This document shows positions 18,540 through 27,175 of a stretch of DNA of 64,000 bases, in pieces (positions within the stretch are counted from its first letter, which is position 1; each line of letters begins with the position of its first letter). The stretch comes from Waterburya sp. (GTDB lineage Bacteria > Cyanobacteriota > Cyanobacteriia > Cyanobacteriales > Xenococcaceae): the NCBI GenBank assembly GCA_965217895.1, contig CBDCJV010000002.1, positions 3,200,001 to 3,264,000 on the forward strand. The letters are read 5' to 3'. The translations under genes and the position numbers were made by a program. The notes beneath the pieces were generated by a model that saw only the letters and a program-made list of their open reading frames with translations, was not told where the DNA came from and made no database searches.

Positions 18540-19361
18540 ATGAAATTTGCACCCCATATTGGCTTAAGTTCATTAGAAGACTTTATGTTTCCCGCGAGTG
18601 CTGGAAATAATCCGATAGATCAAATTAAGTTCATTGCCGAACGAGGATTTTCAGGAATTGAAGATAACTTTCTTAAATTGCGTCCTGTTGAAGTTCAAAA
18701 GAAAATTGGCAAAGAATTAGCCAAACATAATCTAGAAATGGGTTGTTTTGTTAATAATTTAATCTTTGATCGTCCTACCTTTGTTAGTAACTCAACCGAA
18801 GCTAAAGAAACATTACTGCAACAACTACGGGAAACAATCGAAGTAGCCAAACGAGTCAATGGAAAATATGCCACCGTTCTTTCTGGCGTTTTAGACCCAA
18901 GCCTAGAAAGAGATTATCAAACAGCAAATATGATTGAAAATCTTAAGTACTGTGCTGAACTAGCTGAATCTGCTGAAATAACTTTAGGCGTAGAGGCAAT
19001 TACAGGTAAATGGTGGCAGGGAACTTTCGTAACTACAATTCCTCATGCTTATTTAATTGTAAAAGCAGTTAACAGTCCTGCGGTAAAACTAGTTTTTGAT
19101 ACTTTTCAGGTTCAAATGGAAACTGGCAACATAATTGAAAATATTGATCGCGTCTGGGATGAGATTGCTCTTTTTCAAATTGCCGATGCACCCAAAAGAA
19201 CAGAACCCAATAGCGGAGAGATGAACTACACAGCTATCCTCAAACACATTAAATCAAAAGGATATGACGGACTAATCGAAATGGAACATTCCGTTTCACA
19301 ACCAGGGAAAGCTGGAGAAGAGAAAGTGCTAGAAATTTACGATAGTTTCAAGAAATTGTAG
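18540..19361 (+). CDS. hydroxypyruvate isomerase / xylose-isomerase-like TIM barrel protein
   Basis: LGVEAI, LVFDTFQ, QIADAPKRTEPNSGEMNY, IEMEH. Confidence 0.8.
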   Translation: MKFAPHIGLSSLEDFMFPASAGNNPIDQIKFIAERGFSGIEDNFLKLRPVEVQKKIGKELAKHNLEMGCFVNNLIFDRPTFVSNSTEAKETLLQQLRETIEVAKRVNGKYATVLSGVLDPSLERDYQTANMIENLKYCAELAESAEITLGVEAITGKWWQGTFVTTIPHAYLIVKAVNSPAVKLVFDTFQVQMETGNIIENIDRVWDEIALFQIADAPKRTEPNSGEMNYTAILKHIKSKGYDGLIEMEHSVSQPGKAGEEKVLEIYDSFKKL

Positions 19362-19371
19362 GTGAGACAAG

Positions 19372-19959
19372 ATGAACTACAATCAAAATAACTCACATTC
19401 TTACCAACCAGTTACGATTCTAATTACTCGTAGCCCTCATAAAAGTAATCAGAAAGAATTTGAACAGGCTTTATCTAAGACTATAGATGCTGCCTTAGAA
19501 TTTCCTGGTCATCTTGGCGTAACTGTACTTAAGCCACAAAGAGGTGAATCAAACGATTATCGAATTATAGTTAAGTTTGCCTCCGAAGCAGACTATCAAA
19601 GATGGTGTCGCTCGAATGAAGCTGCTCGTTGGTTTGAAATACTTAATCGTTTAGAAGAAAAACCACCAAATCTGGAAATCATGACAGGTTTGGAAACTTG
19701 GTTTGCTGTAAATAGTTCTACATCTAGACCAATGATTCCTCCTCCCCGCTATAAAATGGCGATCGTTACCTGGATAGCAATTTTTGTATTGATTGTAATT
19801 ATCAATTTGGTCATGGGTAGCTTTCTTGCCTCTTTGCCAATGTTGCTACGTAGTTTTTTGCTAACAGTCGTATTGGTAGGATTGATGACTTATGTTGTTA
19901 TGCCTCAAATGAATCGCTTGTTTAGCTGGTGGCTATATCCCCGAAGAAGTTTACCTTAA
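19372..19959 (+). CDS. ABM (antibiotic biosynthesis monooxygenase) domain membrane protein
   Basis: FPGHLG, TGLETWF, PPRYKMAIVTW, two C-terminal TM helices. Confidence 0.8.
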   Translation: MNYNQNNSHSYQPVTILITRSPHKSNQKEFEQALSKTIDAALEFPGHLGVTVLKPQRGESNDYRIIVKFASEADYQRWCRSNEAARWFEILNRLEEKPPNLEIMTGLETWFAVNSSTSRPMIPPPRYKMAIVTWIAIFVLIVIINLVMGSFLASLPMLLRSFLLTVVLVGLMTYVVMPQMNRLFSWWLYPRRSLP

Positions 19960-20062
19960 TGTTTTTAATTATCAAAATAGATTGCGATCGCAAATTTAAA
20001 TACAAAACTAATCTTTGTAAAGATTTTGCGGTTAATTATCGGGAGAAATTAATTTACTAAAT

Positions 20063-20146
20063 ATGATGAAAGATCGAAAAATAGCCTTAGTTACAGGTGC
20101 AAATCGTGGGATTGGCTTGGCGATTAGCCCAATCTCAACGACTTAA
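20063..20146 (+). pseudogene. 5' fragment of an SDR oxidoreductase gene
   Basis: MMKDRKIALVTGANRGIGLAI then a stop; parallels the start of the SDR at 20796. Confidence 0.75.
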
Positions 20147-20189
20147 GATTTAGAATAGAAAATATGGTACTTTAATACTCACAAAAACC

Positions 20190-20759
20190 ATGATTCAAAT
20201 TAAGCCAAGGTTCAAAAGCTTTGAAGAATACCTAGCCTACGATGATGGCACAAATAAGCTATATGAACTGTTTAATGGAGAATTAATCGAAGTGCCGCCA
20301 GAATCGGGACAGAATGTGCAGATTGCTACCTTCTTGTTAATTCACTTTGCTGCACTTATTGGTTATCGCCGAGTTCGAGGACATGGATTGGAGTTGGAAG
20401 TAAATGGCGAACCCAGGAATCGCTATCCCGATCTGACAATCTTACGAGAAGAACATATCGAACAGTTGGCAAAACGCAATACAGTTCGTTTAACTATGTC
20501 TCCTCCTTTGCTAGTTGTAGAAGTAGTTAGTCCTGGTGAATTACAGCGCGATCGCGATTATGTTGCTAAACGAATACAGTATCAAGATTGCGGTATTCCT
20601 GAATATTGGATTATCGATCCTAATACTCAAACAATATTAATTTTGGAATTATCGGAAAATACTTATCAGCAAGTAGGTAGCTTTTCTGACAAATCACAAC
20701 TACTTTCACTACAGTTTTCAACACTCGATCTCACGCCAGCACAAATTTTTGAAAATTAA
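20190..20759 (+). CDS. Uma2 family endonuclease
   Basis: YELFNGELI, RYPDL, LVVEVVSPG, GIPEYWIIDP. Confidence 0.9.
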   Translation: MIQIKPRFKSFEEYLAYDDGTNKLYELFNGELIEVPPESGQNVQIATFLLIHFAALIGYRRVRGHGLELEVNGEPRNRYPDLTILREEHIEQLAKRNTVRLTMSPPLLVVEVVSPGELQRDRDYVAKRIQYQDCGIPEYWIIDPNTQTILILELSENTYQQVGSFSDKSQLLSLQFSTLDLTPAQIFEN

Positions 20760-20795
20760 CAGCCAATTTGTATTCAAACTTAAAACTAAGATTCA

Positions 20796-21496
20796 ATGAA
20801 CGGCAAACAAACTAAAATAGCATTAGTTACTGGAGCAAATCGCGGGATTGGATATGCGATCGCCCAAGGATTACTAAAAGCAGATTTCCAAGTAATTATT
20901 GGAGCGAGATCGCTCGAAAAAGGTCAAGCAGCAGCCGAAAAACTTAACTCACCTTCAGTTAGCGCGGTAGAAATTGATATTGCTGGCGATAATAATATTA
21001 ACAATGCTTTTAATGAGTTGAACGGCAAAATAGATCGCCTCGACGTATTGATTAATAATGCAGGTATCTATCCCGATAACGGCTTTAATATTCTGACTAT
21101 CGATCGCGATTTGTTAATTAAAACCCTCAATGTGAATACCTTTGGCGCGATTAAAACCACGCAAATATTTCTACCTTTACTAAAAAAAGCCGACAAAGCC
21201 AGGGTGATCAACTATTCCAGTGGTTACGGACAATTAGCAGGACTCTCTGCTGGTGTACCCAGTTACTGCTTATCTAAGCTAGCTGTTAATGGTGCAACGA
21301 TTATGTTAGCGGATGCTTTAGCGAGTAAAATACCGTTAACGCTGTCGATCCTGGTTGGGTAAGTTCGGATATGGGAGGAGAAAACGCACCAAGAACCACA
21401 GAACAAGGTGCAGATACGGCGATTTGGTTAGCTACTGTTGATGCGGTTAAAGATAGTGGAAAACTATGGCGCGATCGCTCTATTGTTTCTTATTAA
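20796..21496 (+). pseudogene. SDR (carbonyl reductase-like) oxidoreductase, frameshifted
   Basis: TGANRGIG, NNAG, YCLSK in the first frame; the conserved C-terminus (VNAVDPGWVSSDMGG...EQGADTAIWLA...LWRDR) continues in another frame from ~21330 to TAA 21496. Confidence 0.8.
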
Positions 21497-21591
21497 CTCT
21501 CTTAAAGCGATTTGGCTTACGTCTAGCCTACGAATCGCCTCATAATCTAAAACATTTAAAATGTAGTAGTTAAATCTTAGTTAATAGAATA

Positions 21592-21819
21592 ATGAAAACT
21601 GAACGAGAAAGAGAAGAGTTAATTCAAAATATTAATTTCTTGTTACATCAAGCTTATGACAGTACCTTAGATGAAATTTATGCAGAATTAAAACGCATAG
21701 ATGATCTGGAGGATGAAGAAGATCTTATAGCAGTTGAAGAAGCTAGAGAAGATATCCGTCTCAACGGTACAGTAACCTGGGAAGAAGTCCAAAATGAAAT
21801 TAAAAAAGATGTTGCGTGA
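21592..21819 (+). CDS. putative antitoxin
   Basis: small acidic protein (EDEEDLIAVEEA...TVTWEEV) overlapping the toxin start (GTGA). Confidence 0.75.
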   Translation: MKTEREREELIQNINFLLHQAYDSTLDEIYAELKRIDDLEDEEDLIAVEEAREDIRLNGTVTWEEVQNEIKKDVA

Positions 21820-22082
21820 GCTATCGAGTTGAATTCTCTAAGGGTGCAAAAAAACAGTTTAGAAAATTACCTTCAAACATACAAAAGCGCATACAAGCTA
21901 AGATTGATGAATTAGCTATAGAACCTCGTCCTAATCGGCTAAAAAAATTACAAGGTGCTGATAATTCATATCGCATTCGAGTAGTAGATTATCGGCTCGT
22001 TTACGAAATAAAAGATGATGTTTTGTTGGTAATTGTAATTAAAATAAAACATCGCAGCGAAGTTTATAAAGACAAAAACTAA
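21816..22082 (+). CDS. RelE/ParE family toxin
   Basis: YRVEFSKGAKKQF, YRIRVVDYRLVYEI, KHRSEVYK. Confidence 0.88.
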   Translation: MSYRVEFSKGAKKQFRKLPSNIQKRIQAKIDELAIEPRPNRLKKLQGADNSYRIRVVDYRLVYEIKDDVLLVIVIKIKHRSEVYKDKN

Positions 22083-22157
22083 TACATCGTTTTGATCCTA
22101 AAGTACCTTCGTTAAAACAAGGCGCACCATTAGCTAATACTGAAGGTGCGATCGCAG
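22083..22157 (+). pseudogene. internally deleted remnant of an aldo/keto reductase gene
   Basis: 22110-22138 is identical to 18256-18284 (29 bp); 22083-22109 resembles 18001-18027 (20/27). Confidence 0.7.
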
Positions 22158-22183
22158 GTCTTATTATGGAGAGAATCAATCTC

Positions 22184-22753
22184 TTAGCTTTTTTGTAGTA
22201 CTTCCTCGGCTGTCAAATCGATTTGTGCTAATAAGGGTGAGTCAAGGCGATCGCTACCTTGATAAACTTTTTCCTCATAAAAACCCTCAACCAATTCCAG
22301 GATTGTTACTTGTTGTTGAATCGGATCAACGATCCAATATTCGCCAATTCCTCTGGCTGCGTACTCACTTCTTTTATAGCGATAATCTCGCTTTTCTTGG
22401 TTAGGACTGACCACTTCTATAGCCAGTAGAGGTGGTGGCATATCCATCAACACAATCGATCTACTAGCACCTTCTAATACCGTCGCTAATTCCTCGGATA
22501 ACACAAGTAAATCTGGTAGACGCACAGAGACTCTCGATCCACTAACAGCTATCTCTGTTTTCATGGTCAATCTATAAAAAGGAATACCCTGTTGGCTAAA
22601 ATAAATTAACAAAAACATGGCAATTCGGCGATTGATTTCGCTCTCAGAAGGCATCCAGATTAATTCTCCATTCTCTAGCTCATATAAATTATCTGTGCCA
22701 TCATCATAAGCAAGAAACTCTTCTAGAGTCATTTTTTGAGTGGTAGTGGTCAT
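22184..22753 (-). CDS. Uma2 family endonuclease
   Basis: YELENGELI, RLPDL, IEVVSP, GIGEYWIVDP. Confidence 0.9.
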   Translation of the reverse strand: MTTTTQKMTLEEFLAYDDGTDNLYELENGELIWMPSESEINRRIAMFLLIYFSQQGIPFYRLTMKTEIAVSGSRVSVRLPDLLVLSEELATVLEGASRSIVLMDMPPPLLAIEVVSPNQEKRDYRYKRSEYAARGIGEYWIVDPIQQQVTILELVEGFYEEKVYQGSDRLDSPLLAQIDLTAEEVLQKS

Positions 22754-22850
22754 TTCTACACTTCCTGCAATTTATTGACGATCCTAGCATTTGGCTTGTC
22801 GATACAGGACGCAAGCTGAATATTTGTAGCTAAAAATGCCAACACTTTTT

Positions 22851-23219
22851 TTATTGTTGTTGTGTAATCAAAGCTGATGGTTCGCCTTGTAGTTTAGAAT
22901 GCTGGGCAAAACTGGGTTGATGAAATAGCAGCAATCCTAGAATGCTAGTACACAATCCAAGTAAAATTGTTCTTCCTATATTTACCCTAAATCTTTTCTG
23001 ATTTGGAGACAATTGCTGTTGAAAATTGTTTACTTTTTCAGCTTGCCTCTGGTTGAGAGACAGTCCGTTGCGAGCCAAAGCGTTGCGGGGGTTCCCCCCG
23101 TTATAGCTATTGGCGAGGGCGCGGAGGTTCACCCCGTTAAAGGAACTGTCGAGGGTGCGACTGATGGCTAAATCTTCATCGATGATTTGTTCAAATTCGT
23201 AGCGATCTAGAAAAGACAT
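22851..23219 (-). CDS. hypothetical membrane protein with an in-frame nested repeat insertion
   Basis: GGAGG RBS before ATG 23219; C-terminal hydrophobic helix. Confidence 0.55.
   Translation of the reverse strand: MSFLDRYEFEQIIDEDLAISRTLDSSFNGVNLRALANSYNGGNPRNALARNGLSLNQRQAEKVNNFQQQLSPNQKRFRVNIGRTILLGLCTSILGLLLFHQPSFAQHSKLQGEPSALITQQQ
23058..23156. repeat. nested small dispersed repeats (CGTTGCGGGGGTTCCCCCCGTT family)
   Basis: an inner ~51-bp copy sits inside an outer copy; both end in GAGGG. Confidence 0.7.
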
Positions 23220-23451
23220 TTTGCTATCCTCCAGCAATTACACTCTTTAACTGTTAATATCGTCTGCGGTCGATATGACGTAGATGTGTCAGTTTTAAAG
23301 AAATTTTATGAAAGACTTAAATTAGTTCCTGCGGGGATTACCCCTTGGCTAATTGTTAATTATAGTTACAGTCTGTTGCACGACTAATTAATACATCGGT
23401 CGATTTAATTATAGCGATCGCCATATTAGCTTTGTCTAATCTATATCTGGT

Positions 23452-23548
23452 GTTGACTAAAACAAGTGACGCTATCACAGGGCGGAGTACCGCCCAAAGC
23501 CTCTGAAAGAGGCTTGCCACGCAAAGCGGGGCGTGTAGTTGACTAAAA
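23452..23548. mobile_element. miniature structured insertion flanked by an 11-bp direct repeat
   Basis: GTTGACTAAAA at 23452-23462 and 23538-23548 enclosing three GC-rich hairpins. Confidence 0.5.
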
Positions 23549-23649
23549 ATATTTTTTCTCAACTTGTCACCAATGCCGTTTGCAAACAAGAACTTCTTAA
23601 ACGCTAATAGCTAATAGCTTAGAACTTAAAGCTACGGACAGTGTTCTTT

Positions 23650-23742
23650 TATGTGTCATTACTTAAATCAGCAACGCCTATATTTAAAAACTAAAATATG
23701 TGTCACACAAGCTTAGTAATGCTGACACATAGGCGACACATA
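23650..23742. promoter_or_regulatory. cluster of (T/C)GACACATA boxes upstream of the H+-ATPase gene
   Basis: TATGTGTCA 23650 and 23697; TGACACATA 23723 and CGACACATA 23734 (11-bp period). Confidence 0.55.
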
Positions 23743-23940
23743 ATATCTATATTTTGGAGAAAGATTCAATCAAGCATCGGCTTTAAGCTTTTTACCTGAT
23801 AAAATTGGCGATTCTTGTCAGATTTTTCTGAACATTTTGAAACTGAAAAGACAATTTTTTCACTATAAAATTAGCCATGATTTTGTTGTGAATGCGATCC
23901 GAATGTTACGCAAAGCAAGTCCTTAACACAAACTAATAAC

Positions 23941-26406
23941 ATGACTTCTACAACCCAATCAACAGAAATTCCCATTGAACAACTGTTTAAAGAACTTAAT
24001 AGTTCTGCTGATGGTTTAACGGCTACTGAAGCCATAGATCGTCTAGCTAAATATGGCTATAACGAACTAGCAGAAAAAAAAGTCAACCCTTTTCTAGTCT
24101 TTTTGACCTATTTTTGGGGTCCGATGCCCTGGATGATTGAAATAGCAATTATCTTATGTGCTTTGGTACAAGATTGGGTAGATTTTGGCATTATTACCTT
24201 GTTATTAATTGGTAATGGCGCGATCGGCTTTTTTGAAGAAAGGTCGGCTGAAGATGCGGTAGCTGCTCTCAAGGCTCAACTGGCAACTAATGCTGTGGTT
24301 AAGCGCGATCGCAATTGGGCGACTATTCCCGCCCGTGAATTAGTACCAGGAGATATTGTCCGCATCAAAATTGGTGATGTGTTACCTGCCGATTTGCGAT
24401 TGTTGCCCTGCGATCCCATTTTGGTAGACCAAGCTGCCTTGACTGGGGAATCGCTGCCTGTTACCCGTGAAGCTGGAGAAGAAGTTTATTCTGGCTCGAT
24501 TCTCAAGCGAGGACAAGCAGAAGCTTTAGTTAGTGCTACAGGAGTCAATACTTTTTTTGGTAGAACTGCCCAACTGGTGTCAGAAGCCGAAACTACTGAT
24601 AATATTCAGAGAGTTGTCCTAAAAATCTCTGACTATTTAATTTTTATCAACCTGTTTTTGGTCGCAGCAATTTTAGTAGTCAGAGTTCACGCAGGAGATC
24701 AGTTTTTTGTCGTACTAAAGTATTGTCTGGTTTTAACCGTTGCTTCTATTCCCCTAGCTACGCCAACGGTATTGGCAGTAACCATGGCACTTGGCGCACA
24801 ACTATTAGCTAAAAAAAATGCTGTAGTTACGCGCCTTGCAGCAATCAACGAACTAGCTGAAGTAAATATGCTCTGTTCGGATAAAACAGGTACTTTAACT
24901 CTCAATCAGTTGACTCTTGGTGAGCCATTTACTCTAGGACAAATAGATTCAGAAGAGCTACTTTTCATGGCAGCATTAGCAGCTAGCCGAGAAGAAAAAG
25001 ATCCAATCGATCAAACGATTGTTGATGGGTTAAAAAATCCCCAACAGCTAGAAACCTATAAATTAATTCGTTATCTTCCTTTCGATCCCGTAGGTAAACG
25101 CACAGAAGCAGAACTAAAAGCCCCAGATGGCAGAATTTTTAAAACAAGTAAAGGCGCGCCTCAAGTAATTTTAGATTTAGTACCCAACAAAGCGGAAATT
25201 GAAACCGCAGTCAATAAACAAATAGAGGAGATTGCCAAACGAGGTTACAGAGCATTGGGTGTTGCCCGCACCGATGACCAAGGACAGTGGCAGTTCTTGG
25301 GGGTAATGTCTTTATTCGATCCACCTCGTCCCGATTCCCAAATTACGATTCAAAATGCCCGCAAGCTAGGAGTTCCTGTGAAAATGGTGACTGGCGACCA
25401 GGTGATAATCGCTAAAGAAACCTGTCGGCAATTAGGTTTGGGTCAAAATATTCTTGATACCACCCTGTTTCGTAAAAGTTTATCTCCTATAGAAACAAGC
25501 CATCTCGATCAAGAAATTAGAGCAGCAGACGGCTTTGGTCAAGTTTTCCCAGAGGATAAATACTATATTGTTAAGTCACTACAAAAGCAGAATTATGTTG
25601 TGGCAATGACGGGAGATGGTGTAAACGATGCTCCCGCACTAAAGCAGGCAAACGCGGGAATTGCTGTTTCTGGTGCTACTGATGCTGCTCGTGCTGCTGC
25701 TGATATTGTACTTCTTACCCCTGGTTTGTCGGTGATTGTCGATGCCATTCAACTTAGCCGTCAGATTTTTCTACGGATGAACAGCTACTGTATTTATCGC
25801 GTAGTTGAAACCATCAGAATTTTGATCTTTACCACGCTGGCGATTTTTGTTTACGGTTCTTATCCGATTACAGTGGTCATGTTAGTTCTGTTGGCATTAA
25901 TCAATGATGGTTCAATGGTGACTATTGCTTATGATAATACCAGTACTCCTAAGCAACCCCAAAGATGGAATCTGCCTTTAATTCTTAGCCTTGCTACTGT
26001 AATTGGTTTGGTAGGAGTAGTAGAAACTTTTCTGCTTTATTTTTATACCGAAATATATTTAGGGTTGTCTCACGAAATGGTGCAAACCCTTATATATCTT
26101 CATCTAGCAGTGGGTGGCATGATGACTATTTATGTCACCCGCGTTCGTGGTGCATTTTGGTCAATTAAACCTGCTAGTCGAATGCTCTGGGCAACTGGTT
26201 TCTCCGTTCTAATTTCAACTATACTGGCCTGCTTTGGCATTTTAATGGCTCCAATTGGCTTGGCTTGGACAGCAGCTAGTTGGGGTTATGCCTTTGTCTG
26301 GTTCTTAATCTTCGACGCGGTAAAAATATTGCTATATCGCATTTTAGAAAATAGAAAAATTAAATATTTAAGTCGCAGATTTAATCGCAGATACTTATCA
26401 AAATAG
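23941..26406 (+). CDS. plasma-membrane-type proton-efflux P-type ATPase (P3A)
   Basis: FWGPMPWMIE, DQAALTGESLP, ASIPLATPTV, CSDKTGTLTLN, PFDPVGKRT, KGAPQVI, MTGDGVNDAPALK, TM6 LINDG. Confidence 0.88.
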   Translation: MTSTTQSTEIPIEQLFKELNSSADGLTATEAIDRLAKYGYNELAEKKVNPFLVFLTYFWGPMPWMIEIAIILCALVQDWVDFGIITLLLIGNGAIGFFEERSAEDAVAALKAQLATNAVVKRDRNWATIPARELVPGDIVRIKIGDVLPADLRLLPCDPILVDQAALTGESLPVTREAGEEVYSGSILKRGQAEALVSATGVNTFFGRTAQLVSEAETTDNIQRVVLKISDYLIFINLFLVAAILVVRVHAGDQFFVVLKYCLVLTVASIPLATPTVLAVTMALGAQLLAKKNAVVTRLAAINELAEVNMLCSDKTGTLTLNQLTLGEPFTLGQIDSEELLFMAALAASREEKDPIDQTIVDGLKNPQQLETYKLIRYLPFDPVGKRTEAELKAPDGRIFKTSKGAPQVILDLVPNKAEIETAVNKQIEEIAKRGYRALGVARTDDQGQWQFLGVMSLFDPPRPDSQITIQNARKLGVPVKMVTGDQVIIAKETCRQLGLGQNILDTTLFRKSLSPIETSHLDQEIRAADGFGQVFPEDKYYIVKSLQKQNYVVAMTGDGVNDAPALKQANAGIAVSGATDAARAAADIVLLTPGLSVIVDAIQLSRQIFLRMNSYCIYRVVETIRILIFTTLAIFVYGSYPITVVMLVLLALINDGSMVTIAYDNTSTPKQPQRWNLPLILSLATVIGLVGVVETFLLYFYTEIYLGLSHEMVQTLIYLHLAVGGMMTIYVTRVRGAFWSIKPASRMLWATGFSVLISTILACFGILMAPIGLAWTAASWGYAFVWFLIFDAVKILLYRILENRKIKYLSRRFNRRYLSK

Positions 26407-26709
26407 ATAAAATTTGGTTAACACAATCTTCTCGAGCAAAACATAATAATTATTAATAATTATTCCAAAAGCGATTGTATATTTTGAGGGTGATCGCCTG
26501 AACAAACTAATTTTCTTTGCCGTAAATCACAAGCTCGGCCATAAGCTGAAAAAATCTAACAATTAAATTAATATCTGCTCTAATCTTGTATCTCAATCGA
26601 TTTCGCCTACCAGCTCTCTGCCCCATGTAGTGCAATAAAAAAAGTTATCAGTTATTTTTGCGATACACTTCAAGCGACTGGATTATTTATTTAGCAAAGA
26701 GAAAACTGT

Positions 26710-26913
26710 ATGAGTACGGGTACTGTAAAGTTCTTCAATGACGAAAAAGGCTTTGGTTTTATACTTCAAGACGACGGAGGCAAAGATCTTTTTGTTCATG
26801 CCAGCGAAATTCAAGGCGATCGCGATACTACTCTGGCGGAGGGACAGAAAGTAGAATACGAAGTCGGACAAGGCAAAAAAGGACCTTGTGCGGTAAACGT
26901 TATTCCAAATTGA
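26710..26913 (+). CDS. cold-shock protein (CspA family)
   Basis: [15 protein letters not shown] (RNP1), DLFVH (RNP2), [10 protein letters not shown]. Confidence 0.93.
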   Translation: MSTGTVKFFNDEKGFGFILQDDGGKDLFVHASEIQGDRDTTLAEGQKVEYEVGQGKKGPCAVNVIPN

Positions 26914-26939
26914 TCTTAACTTTTGAATTTGATATTCCG

Positions 26940-26972
26940 AGCCTGTTTGATTGATTTCTATCAAACAGGCTT
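26940..26972 (+). terminator. terminator-like hairpin after csp
   Basis: AGCCTGTTTGAT-N8-ATCAAACAGGCT. Confidence 0.7.
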
Positions 26973-27175
26973 AATTGTTCTAAATTAAACGCTAGCTAGG
27001 CAGGATAAGCGCAAAAAACAAAAGAGCAAAATGTGCTAGTTGATTAAAAGACGTACATAATCGGCAGAATTATCATATTGGTATATTAATCAAAGACTTA
27101 CAAAATAAGACGTATGAGGATGCTAAAAACTACTCTTTTGTATATAGTAAATTCAGCCTGTTAAGCCTATTAGTT

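Noticed and set aside
16618..21496. SnoaL/ABM/AKR/SDR genes as tailoring enzymes of the type II PKS
   Set aside because: The folds are suggestive, but they lie over 10 kb away beyond unrelated conserved genes and have their own TetR; no direct link is visible
23471..23543. Cloverleaf as a tRNA gene
   Set aside because: Loops of 3-4 nt, no 7-nt anticodon loop, no GTTC T-arm motif and no CCA end
23356..23589. 77-aa ORF in the H+-ATPase upstream region
   Set aside because: It runs through the structured mini-element, has no clear RBS and shows no protein-like motifs
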